Made by a program: the position numbers and the translations under genes
Notes under the pieces: generated by a model
What the model was told of the DNA's origin: nothing
What the model saw: only the letters and a program-made list of their open reading frames with translations
The model's database searches: none
Shown here: positions 35,791 through 47,100 of the stretch, one piece after another
Position numbering within the stretch: the first letter of the stretch is position 1
How the letters are laid out: every line of letters begins with the position of its first letter
Assembly: GCA_950097015.1 (NCBI GenBank)
Contig: CATNEN010000001.1
Location: 11,904,001-11,968,000 of the forward strand
DNA: 64,000 nucleotides
Source: Macrostomum hystrix
Taxonomy: Eukaryota; Animalia; Platyhelminthes
Direction: 5' to 3'

Positions 35791-36739
35791 TTGCGGAAAC
35801 ACTGCCGTGTTCAAATACATACTTTGGTCGGTATTATACAAGTGCATTAGCATGGCGGCGTACATTGAGCAGAACGGGAGAACGGACCCATAGGATACTA
35901 AGCAGAAGATGAGGGGTGATTGTGGAGGCGCACACGGGGTTAGGTGAGAGAGCAGCAGAACTCACATTACGTGCTCATTTGGCACATGCCTATATACAAG
36001 CTTCCTATACTTTTTAGTCGCCTCTTTTGCTGGTCCATCATGTTTTCCGTTTCACCTTCATATTGCTTAATAGTTATTATATACCTGTCCGCGGAACTGT
36101 TCAGTTTTATCCACGCGCCTTAATTATTGTATTCTGTTTGGCTAATTATGTTTTTCTCGCTGATTTCTTTCAATAACCTCTGTAGGGAGGTCAGTTGATG
36201 TAGTGCGATTCGAAAACCGATTATTTCTTACAAAGAGTCGCGAAATAATATTTGTTATAAGTGATGAATTCAGTTTTACTTGTTTTACGAGAGCTGAGGA
36301 AAGATAAAGTTTTGCACTGGTGTGATACGCACGCATAAATGAAATCGTTCGTATTGATTTCTTATTTCTGAGCTACGAGTATCTAAATTGGATCATTGTT
36401 AACGCCTAAGAGCGGACTGGAGTACATAGAAATGAAAATACGGCCATAGAAAACGCTACCAGATTGACTACTAGACAATTATACTAAAACACATGCTTTG
36501 AGTCATTTTAAATGTCATATTTTAGTTTCTGCTGAAAGTAGTATATTTATCAAGCTTCTGTAGGCCAGTGTAGTTCAAGGTGACTTGCATTCTGCCTATT
36601 CGTCCATTGTGTTCTATCCAGGCCTGCGCAAGTGAAAAACGATTGGCTTTAGTTTATCAATGAAAAACATAAAATTACGTGTTTCGAGATCGGTGATTTG
36701 ACATTTCCTTCTACCCCACTGCGGCCAGACTGCTTGTCT

Positions 36740-36830
36740 CTTGCCTATGGACTGAACTTAGCTGCTGTACGGAGTCGCCACTGACTGTACGTTCGGCCCA
36801 ACTGGTTAGGTTCTATCTATCTATCTATAA
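36740..36830 (+). mobile_element. Degenerate SINE 3' fragment with (CTAT)n tail
   Basis: ATGGACTGAAC..GCTGTACG resembles the 3' part of family A; ends in TCTATCTATCTATCTAT. Confidence 0.35.
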
Positions 36831-37263
36831 ACATTAGTCATTGATTTTCCTGTTCGTCAATAAGTATTTTTACCATTGACGCCAAGAACTCGTGCGGCAT
36901 TTTCAAGCGCTAAATATACTGTGAACTTCTGTGACGTGCGAACACTTTAGTAACACACTGATGGAGTGCTAGTAATGTATATTTGCACGCTTCAGCATCA
37001 TCATCATTTTGTTATACGACACAAGTGGTCTTAGAGGCCGACTACAGTGAGCTAGGGTAAAGTACATTTACACTCCTTTGTTTATTCTTGGTTACGGAAG
37101 TATCTAATAAAATGACTAGCTTTTATTTTGTCTTTTCCACACATAAGAAGGTCAATTTCAGTGACAAAAATGCGTCAATATGGGACAAACAATTTATAAT
37201 TAAAATGTGGCATCATGCCTGCTCTCACCGGGAGCTTTTTGAAGTGTATACAGTTCATCGTGT

Positions 37264-37942
37264 CTATAGTGCATTGTATGAAGCACATCGCCGCCTGAAC
37301 TCTTCCTTCAGTTCTATCAGTTGTATGTCTTTGACATGAGTGAGAGAATCAAGCATGGGCAGAAAAACATAGCAGTAGGCGATATCTACAAGAGATAATT
37401 TGCCAATCGGAGATTGGTTCAATATAAGACGGAGTTTGTGGATAAATTCACGACGCAGAATGTCTCTCATAGCCTGCCGATATTTTGCATCTACTGCTGC
37501 ATATTTGCCTGAACCTGTATATACAAATGAATCTGCAAATACGTCACGGATAGCAGCTGCTTGAGAGTCAGTCGGGTAAGTCATATCATTGCCACAAGAA
37601 CCACGCCTTATCACTTCCTTCAGTTGTTCTATCTCTGGTTCTTTTAATTCGTCATAAAAGCCACTTACTAAGGGGATTTGCTCAAGAAAGTAAAAATAAT
37701 CTAAGCACATCTCTACACTTTGATTAGAGTGACGGAGGCTTTTTAAACCAGGCGTTAGAATTTTTTTCTGCACTTCTTCAAACTGCTCTGATTTAGAAAG
37801 TCTTCTTTCTGCATATTGACGCTGCACACCCCTGTGAACTCTGTCTGTCACCGATAGCAGCTGCTTGAGATTCAGTCGGGAAAGTCAGCGTGATCAGCAG
37901 CAGAAACAGTGGCATAATCGTTGATGCTGTTGTCGGCTTCAT
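37264..37942 (-). pseudogene. Orphan secreted protein with internal duplication, interrupted by one frameshift (or an assembly indel)
   Basis: ATG at 37942 gives the signal peptide MKPTTASTIMPLFLLLITLTFPTESQA, with an in-frame stop at 37793. The overlapping 195-aa ORF (37264-37851) carries a second copy of the T(F/Y)PT(E/D)SQAAAI motif. Confidence 0.55.
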
Positions 37943-38743
37943 ATCTCGATTATTCGTGTCCTTCGATTGACTTGCTGAGTGAAACCTGAGCTAAGAATGT
38001 TTTGCGTGGGTGTCAAAAACAGCCATCTCGGCTTATAAGCGAGGGGCATTCCCTGTCCAGTCGTGAAAGTTCGTGAAATCAGGCAGTTTTGGCCACAGAA
38101 GTTGAGCTGATGAGCTTTCACGCAGTAGACTTCAGCATGTCTATGTCTGAAACCTAGAGTTTTAGCAGTTCTGCTTTTCCGAGTCGCTTAATTGTGAGAA
38201 AACTTTAGCGAACTCACTACCCAGCGGCAATTGCCCTACGGCAATAACGATGGAAGTGCAGAGGAAAAACTCTATATTTCCGATCATGTGGTTTTCTAAC
38301 TGCTGTCTGATAATTGGGGTTTCATTTTTATTTTGCTGATGCTGAGCACGAATCGGCGCTCAAGTGACTGAGATCGATAAGTACCTTGGCAACGCTCCTA
38401 GTTGTGTGAAATCCGAGAGTTTGTCATGCATCAAACTCGATATGGTGAAGGGGCTCAATAACAGTTCTCATACAAGAAGTCTCACTATAGCTACAGCTTC
38501 GCGAGTTTTAAAAGCATTGACATTTGGCCTTAAAAACTACTCAATATCAGCCTTTTCCCAGTCGCCTTATTGTGAGAACACTTTAACGAACTCAGCCCAG
38601 CAAATCGCCCTACGGAAATAACGATGGAAAAACATGCTAAATATGCTCAACGAGCATTCATCAAGACAGACTTGTCCGAGAAATTCCTTACGCCCAAGTG
38701 CAGAGACAACTGGCACTTGTCAGACAAGATTCCCTGCTCTAGT

Positions 38744-38906
38744 TTCTAACTCTAACTTAAGCTTGACTTTTGCATGGAAACTCAAAGCAGACTCGTAATC
38801 GATAAAACCCTTAATAATTTTATTTCAGTCGATTCCAACTCGACCGGATAGTCCCGCAATGGACGAATCAGCAGAGGTTTGCTATCCACTTGTGCATCAC
38901 TACCAT

Positions 38907-38954
<48 letters not shown>
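38744..38954 (+). repeat. Duplicate of RNF intron end plus exon 6 start (33092-33296), with 15 CAG
   Basis: Identical at offset 5652 except for one substitution (CCCCTAAT vs CCCTTAAT) and the CAG number. Confidence 0.97.
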
Positions 38955-38956
<2 letters not shown>

Positions 38957-39310
38957 GGACCACGGTGACCGCGACAAGACCAGGCCGGACACCACGGTGC
39001 GTGAGGGCCATCACCCCCACGTGGCAAGCGACCCCCTCTCCGCGGGGCCCCCGGACGACGGACACCCCGTCGATGAAGTGTCGCAACCAACCAGAATCCT
39101 GCGAAGAAGCAGTTCACCAAACCAGCAGCGCCGCCGACGAGCCGCCGCCGACGGCGGCGACAGCCCTCTGGAGACAGCCACCACAAGCCGGGAGAGGCAG
39201 GAGAGAGATAGGCGCAAGCGACGACGCAAGAGACCCGGCCCAGAGCTCCTGGTCCTGCAACTCAATTGCAACGGGTTAAAGGCCCGCCGCACGGAGCTAG
39301 CCGAGCGACT
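38955..39310 (+). mobile_element. Non-LTR retrotransposon fragment: basic linker and start of APE endonuclease
   Basis: Encodes ..RRKRRRKRPGPELLVLQLNCNGLKARRTELAERL (EN domain I motif xLQxNCNGL). It is cut by the tail of the opposite-strand LINE. Confidence 0.7.
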
Positions 39311-41197
39311 CTTCTTCTTCTTCTTCTTGCTTTTTATCGCCTTTCGGCATAGCTCACCGGGAGTCCCTTACTCCAGCTCTTACGCTTCGCAGCTGCGTAG
39401 GTGGCGTGCCATGTTGGTGGCTGCCAGGAGGCGCCCGCACGATGGGCAGGCCTTTCGGATGCCTTTGTACACACGCGCCACCGACGCCGGTTCCGGCTGA
39501 GTGTCGTGGCACGCCCTCGCGTGTCTGGCGAAGTTGGACGTGCTGTACCACCTGCCGCATCGCTGGCAGTGCGTTTTGCCGTCGACTTTTTTGCTTCCGC
39601 GACACCACTTTTGGTGATTCTTTCGCGTTGCCTCGGTTCTGAACATCTGTTGGCATTTTTCACACGGTAATTGAACGGCAACGAGCTCTCTGTGCAGTCT
39701 CTTCTGGTGTATGGCTAGACCGCCCCTGGATGCGCAGACTTTGTTGCATCCGTCGTATCTGCATCGGTATCCTGTCAGCTCGTTCTCCTCTGGACTGGCG
39801 ATTGATTTCTCTGTTTCCGTCGTTCTGCGTTTCCTCTTGGATCGTTCTGCCTCTTCCATACGCATCGCGTTCACTCTGCGCTTCACTGTCTCCCTCCAGC
39901 TCTCTCTGTCTCGGACGAGGCGGTCGATGTCGATGGTGTCGACGCCTGCCTTCCTGACCATCAGCTTCCAGTGGTTGGTAATCGTGCGCTGTCTCCTTTT
40001 GGCTTTCCTCATGCTTTCTAGTTTCTTATCCCATCCTAACACGCATTTCTTGGTGAGGCTAGTGTCGGGCATTCGGAGGACGTGGCCTAGGCGTCTCCAG
40101 TGGGCGATTTCGATCTTTGTCGCGATACTGTCCACGCCGAGTTCAGCTCTGACGTCCCACATGTTCACGCCCTTTTCTTGCATCTCGACCAGGGGCGGTT
40201 TGGTCTTTTCGCTCCAGATGAAACGGTAGCGCTTGTCCATTGCCTGTTGCATCTTCTTGATGTCCGTCTTGTAGAAGGGGCGTGCTCCGGCATTGAAGGT
40301 CATGGTACTTTCCACGCATGCCTCCACAATTTTGGCTTGGGTCCGTTTCGTAAGGCGTGTTTTGCGTAGCATGTTCTTAACGCCGTGCCATGCCTTTGCG
40401 CCTCGTTGCAATCGCTGGCTAATGTCATTCTTTCTTCCCAACCAGGTGCCTAGCATTCTTATTCCGTTACTTTCCTCTGTCCCCAAGATCGCCCTCTCTT
40501 CCTTATCGTCGTTGGTCCTTTCTTCAAATGTTGCCATGACATCCTTGAACGTTTTGGTGCCTAGCTCCATTTCCTCTCTCGTCCCAATTAGGGTGGTGTC
40601 GTCGGCGAACAGCGAGCACGTTAACCTAGTTGTTGTCGTCTCTTCCGAGTATGTAGTCGACCTCTGTGGTGGGAGGCTGTGGCCCGAGACGCAGGTCCAT
40701 TCGATGCCGTACTCTAAGCCATCCTCCTCTGCTCTGCGTTGTCTGCTTTCCTCAGCGACCCTCACCACCGCTTGGTGGCAGATGTTGAAAAGGATTGGTG
40801 AGGTCGCGCACCCTTCTCTTAGGCCTCGCTGTGGGTAGAACTCGTTGCTGACGTCCTTCCCGCTGACTACTTTGTAGGCCGTGAACTCATGCAGCACACC
40901 GAGTTTTTTAATTATCTCCTGCGGCATTTTGTAGTGCTGTAGCAGAGCCCATAAGGCGGGTTTATTGACCCTTGGGTAGGCCTTACGGAGGTCGAGTAGG
41001 ACAACGGAAGCGTCGCGAGGGTCGTCCCCATTGTAGTCGGGGCTGGCGCGATATCCAAGTGCGTCCTCTTGTAATCTCAGCAGAATCAACGCGTCCAGCG
41101 TTGATCTGCCTTTTCTGAAGCCAGCTTAGTTTTCGTCCAAGATACCTGTTTCTTCGGCCCAGATGCTGAGACGGGTTGCCAGGATCCTCGCTATGAT
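39311..41197 (-). mobile_element. 5'-truncated RTE-clade-like LINE (RT plus C-terminal zinc fingers, (GAA)n tail)
   Basis: RT motifs AGFRKGRST, LLDLRKAYP, GLREGCATSPILFN, LFADD and RMLGTWL. Premature TAA at 41128-41126; stop at 39380; short 3'UTR; (GAA)n tail at 39311-39328. Confidence 0.93.
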
Positions 41198-44100
41198 CAT
41201 AGGGAATCGGCTCTCATAGGAATCGGGTCTCATAGGAATCAGGTCTTATAGGAATCGGCTCTCATAGGAATCGGCTCTCATAGGAATCGTGTCTCATAGG
41301 AATCGGCCCTCATAGGAATCGGCTCTCATAGGAATCGGGTCTCATAGGAATCGGCTCTCATAGGAATCGGCTCTCATAGGAATCGTCTCTGAAAGGAATC
41401 GGCTCTCATAGGAATCGGCTCTTATAGGAATCGGCCATCATAGGAATCGGCCCTCATAGGAATCGGCTCTCAAAGGAATCGGCTCTCATAGGAATCGGCT
41501 CTCATAGGAATCAGCTCTCATAGGAATCGTGTCTCATAGGAATCGTGTCTCATAGGAATCGGCCCTCATAGGAATCGGCTCTCATAGGAATCGGGTCTCG
41601 TAGGAATCAGCTCTCATAGGAATCGGCTCTCATAGGAATCGGCTCTCATAGGAATCGGCTCTGAAAGGAATCGGCTCTCATAGGAATCGGCTCTCATAGG
41701 AATCGGCCATCATAGGAATCGGCCCTCATAGGAATCGGCTCTCAAAGGAATCGGCCCTCATAGGAATCGGCTCTCATAGGAATCGGCTCTCATAGGAATC
41801 GGCCCTCTTAGGAATCGGCCCTCATAGGAATCGGCTCTCATAGGAATCGGCTCTCATAGGAATCGGCTCTCATAGGAATCGGGTCTCATAGGAATCGGCT
41901 CTCATAGGAATCGGGTCTCATAGGAATCGGCTCTCATAGGAATCGGCTCTCATAGGAATCGGCCCTAATAGGAATCGGCTCTCATAGGAATCGGCTCTCA
42001 TAGGAATCGGCTCTCATAGGAGTCGGCTCTCATAGGAATCGGCTCTCATAGGAATCGGCTCTCATAGGAATCGGCCCTCAAAGGAATCGGCTCTCATAGG
42101 AATCGGCTCTCATAGGAATCGGCCCTAATAGGAATCGGCCCTCATAGGAATCGGCTCTCATAGGAATCGGCACTCATAGGAATCGGCTCTCATAGGAGTC
42201 GGCTCTCATAGGAATCGGCTCTCATAGGAATCGGCTCTCATAGGAATCGGCCCTCATAGGAATCGGCTCTCATAGGAATCGGCTCTGAAAGGAATCGGCT
42301 CTCATAGGAATCGGCTCTCATAGGAATCGGCCATCATAGGAATCGGCCCTCATAGGAATCGGCTCTCAAAGGAATCGGCCCTCATAGGAATCGGCCCTCA
42401 TAGGAATCGGCTCTCATAGGAATCGGCTCTCATAGGAATCGGCTCTCATAGGAATCGGCCCTCATAGGAATCGGCTCTCATAGGAATCGGCTCTCATAGG
42501 AATCGGCTCTCATAGGAATCGGCTCTCATAGGAATCGGCTCTGAAAGGAATCGGCTCTCATAGGAATCGGCTCTTATAGGAATCGGCCATCATAGGAAAC
42601 GGCCCTCATAGGAATCGGCTCTCAAAGGAATCGGCTCTCATAGGAATCGGCTCTCATAGGAATCGGCCCTCATAGGAATCGGCTCTCATAGGAATCGGCC
42701 CTCATAGGAATCGGCTCTCATAGGAATCGGCTCTCATAGGAATCGGCCCTAATAGGAATCGGCCCTCATAGGAATCGGCTCTCATAGGAATCGGCCCTCA
42801 TAGGAATCGGCTCTCATAGGAATCGGCCCTCATAGGAATCGGCTCTCATAGGAATCGGCTCTCATAGGAATCGGCCCTAATAGGAATGGGCCCTCATAGG
42901 AATCGGCTCTCATAGGAATCGGCCCTCATAGGAATCGGCTCTCATAGGAATCGGCTCTCAAAGGAATCGGCTCTCATAGGAATCGGCTCTCATAGGAATC
43001 GGCCCTCATAGGAATCGGCTCTCATAGGAATCGGCTCTCAGAGGAATCGGCTCTCATAGGAATCGGCTCTCATAGGAATCGGCTCACATAGGAATCGGCT
43101 CTCATAGGAATCGGCTCTAATAGGAATCGGCCCTCATAGGAATCGGCTCTCATAGGAATCGGCTCTCATAGGAATCGGCTCTCATAGGAGTCGGCTCTCA
43201 TAGGAATCGGCTCTCATAGGAATCGGCTCTCATAGGAATCGGCCCTCAAAGGAATCGGCTCTCATAGGAATCGGTTCTCATAGGAATCGGCCCTAATAGG
43301 AATCGGCCCTCATAGGAATCGGCTCTCATAGGAATCGGCTCTCATAGGAATCGGCTCTCATAGGAGTCGGCTCTCATAGGAATCGGCTCTCATAGGAATC
43401 GGCTCTCATAGGAATCGGCCCTCATAGGAATCGGCTCTCATAGGAATCGGGTCTCGTAGGAATCGGCTCTCATAGGAATCGGCTCTCATAGGAATCGGCT
43501 CTCATAGGAATCGGCTCTGAAAGGAATCGGCTCTCATAGGAATCGGCTCTTATAGGAATCGGCTCTCATAGGAATCGGCTCTCATAGGAATCGGCTCTGA
43601 AAGGAATCGGCTCTCATAGGAATCGGCTCTCATAGGAATCGGCCATCATAGGAATCGGCCCTCATAGGAATCGGCTCTCATAGGAATCGGCCCTCATAGG
43701 AATCGGCCCTCATAGGAATCGGCTCTCATAGGAATCGGCTCTCATAGGAATCGGCTCTCATAGGAATCGGCTCTCATAGGAATCGGCCCTCATAGGAATC
43801 GGGTCTCATAGGAATCGGGTCTCATAGGAATCGGCTCTGAAAGGAATCGGCTCTCATAGGAATCGGCTCTTATAGGAATCGGCCATCATAGGAATCGGCC
43901 CTCATAGGAATCGGCTCTCAAAGGAATCGGCCCTCATAGGAATCGGCTCTCATAGGAATCGGCCCTCATAGGAATCGGCTCTCATAGGAATCGGCCCTCA
44001 TAGGAATCGGCTCTCATAGGAATCGGCTCTCATAGGAATCGGCCCTAATAGGAATCGGCCCTCATAGGAATCGGCTCTCATAGGAATCGGCTCTCAAAGG

Positions 44101-47100
44101 AATCGGCTCTCATAGGAATAGGCTCTCATAGGAATCGGCCCTCATAGGAATCGGCTCTCATAGGAATCGGCTCTCAGAGGAATCGGCTCTCATAGGAATC
44201 GGCTCTCATAGGAATCGGCTCACATAGGAATCGGCTCTCATAGGAATCGGCTCTCATAGGAATCGGCTCTCATAGGAATCGGCCCTAATAGGAATCGGCC
44301 CTCATAGGAATCGGCTCTCATAGGAATCGGCTCTCATAGGAATCGGGTCTAATAGGGAATCGGCTCTCATAGGAATCGGGTCTCATAGGAATCGAGTCTC
44401 ATTGGGAATCGGCTCTCATAGGAATCGAGTCTCATAGGGAATCGGCTCTCATAGGAATCGGCTCTCATAGGAATCGGCTCTCATAGGAATCGGCTCTCAT
44501 AGGAATCGGCTCTCATAGGAATCGGCTCTCATAGGAATCGGCTCTGAAAGGAATCGGCTCTCATAGGAATCGGCTCTTATAGGAATCGGCCATCATAGGA
44601 ATCGGCCCTCATAGGAATCGGCTCTCATAGGAATCGGGTCTCGTAGGAATCGGCTCTCATAGGAATCGGCCCTCATAGGAATCGGCCCTCTTAGGAATCG
44701 GCTCTCAAAGGAATCGGCCCTCATAGGAATCGGCTCTCATAGGAATCGGCTCTCATAGGAATCGGCTCTCATAGGAATCGGCTCTCATAGGAATCGGCCC
44801 TCATAGGAATCGGCTCTCATAGGAACCGATAGGAATCGGCTCTCATAGGAATCGGCTCTCATAGGAATCGTGTCTCATTGGAATCGTCTCTCATAGGAAT
44901 CGGCTCTCATAGGAATCGGGTCTCATAGGAATCGGCCCTCATAGGAATCGGCTCTCAAAGGAATCGGCTCTCATAGGAATCGGCTCTTATAGGAATCGGC
45001 CATCATAGGAATCGGCCCTCATAGGAATCGGCTCTCAAAGGAATCGGCCCTCATAGGAATCGGCTCTCATAGGAATCGGCTCTCATAGGAATCGGCTCTC
45101 ATAGGAGTCGGCTCTCATAGGAATCGGCTCTCATAGGAATCGGCTCTCAGAGGAATCGGCTCTCATAGGAATCGGCTCTCATAGGAATCGGCTCTGAAAG
45201 GAATCGGCTCTCATAGGAATCGGCTCTCATAGGGAATCGGCTCTCATAGGAATCGGCTCTCATAGGAATCGGGTCTAATAGGAAATCGGCTCTCATAGGA
45301 ATCGGGTCTCATAGGAATCGGCTCACATAGGAATCGGCTCTCATAGGAATCGGCTCTCATAGGAATCGGCTCTCATAGGAATCGGCTCTCATTGGGAATC
45401 GGCTCTCATAGGAATCAGCTCTCATAGGAATCGGGTCTCATTGGAATCGTGTCTCAAAGGAATCGGCCCTCATAGGAATCGGCTCTCATAGGAATCGGGT
45501 CTCATAGGAATCGGCTCTCATAGGAATCGGCTCTCAAAGGAATCGGCTCTGAAAGGAATCGGCTCTCATAGGAATCGGCTCTTATAGGAATCGGCCATCA
45601 TAGGAATCGGCCCTCATAGGAATCGGCTCTCAAAGGAATCGGCCCTCATAGGAATCGGCTCTCATAGGAATCGGCTCTCATAGGAATCGGGTCTCATAGG
45701 AATCGGCTCTCATAGGAACCGATAGGAATCGGCTCTCATAGGAATCGGCTCTCATAGGAATCGTGTCTCATAGGAATCGGCCCTCATAGGAATCGGCTCT
45801 CATAGGAATCGGGTCTCATAGGAATCGGCCCTCATAGGAATCGGCTCTGAAAGGAATCGGCTCTCATAGGAATCGGCTCTTATTGGAATCGGCCATCATA
45901 GGAATCGGCCCTCATAGGAATCGGCTCTCAAAGGAATCGGCCCTCATAGGAATCGGCTCTCATAGGAATCGGCCCTCATAGGAATCGGCTCTCATAGGAA
46001 TCGGCCCTCATAGGAATCGGCTCTCATAGGAATCGGCTCTCATAGGAATCGGCCCTAATAGGAATCGGCTCTCATAGGAGTCGGCTCTCATAGGAATCGG
46101 CTCTCATAGGAATCGGCTCTCATAGGAATCGGCCCTCATAGGAATCGGCTCTCATAGGAATCGGCTCTCAGAGGAATCGGCTCTCATAGGAATCGGCTCT
46201 CATAGGAATCGGCTCTCATAGGAATCGGCTCTCATAGGAATCGGCTCTCATAGGAATCGGCTCTCATAGGAGTCGGCTCTCATAGGAATCGGCTCTCATA
46301 GGAATCGTGTCTCATAGGAATCGGCCCTCATAGGAATCGGCTCTCATAGGAATCGGGTCTCATAGGAATCGGCCCTCATAGGAATCGGCTCTCAAAGGAA
46401 TCGGCTCTGAAAGAAATCGGCTCTCATAGGAATCGGCTCTTATAGGAATCGGCCATCATAGGAATCGGCCCTCATAGGAATCGGCTCTCATAGGAATCGG
46501 CTCTCATAGGAATCGGCTCTCATAGGAGTCGGCTCTCATAGGAATCGGCTCTCATAGGAATCGGCTCTCAGAGGAATCGGCTCTCATAGGAATCGGCTCT
46601 CATAGGAATCGGCTCTGAAAGGAATCGGCTCTCATAGGAATCGGCTCTCATAGGGAATCGGCTCTCATAGGAATCGGCTCTCATAGGAATCGGGTCTAAT
46701 AGGGAATCGGCTCTCATAGGAATCGGGTCTCATAGGAATCGGCTCACATAGGAATCGGCTCTCATAGGAATCGGCTCTCATAGGAATCGGCTCTCATAGG
46801 AATCGGCTCTCATTGGGAATCGGCTCTCATAGGAATCAGCTCTCATAGGAATCGGGTCTCATAGGGAATCGGCTCTCATAGGAATCGGCTCTCATAGGAA
46901 TCGGCTCTCATAGGAATCGGCTCTCATAGGAATCGACTCTGAAAGGAATCGGCTCTCATAGGAATCGGCTCTTATAGGAATCGGCCATCATAGGAATCGG
47001 CCCTCATAGGAATCGGCTCTCAAAGGAATCGGCCCTCATAGGAATCGGCTCTCATAGGAATCGGCTCTTATTGGAATCGGCCATCATAGGAATCGGCCCT

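Noticed and set aside
39711-40838. Plus-strand ORFs of 172 and 181 aa
   Set aside because: Antisense shadows of the LINE RT ORF.
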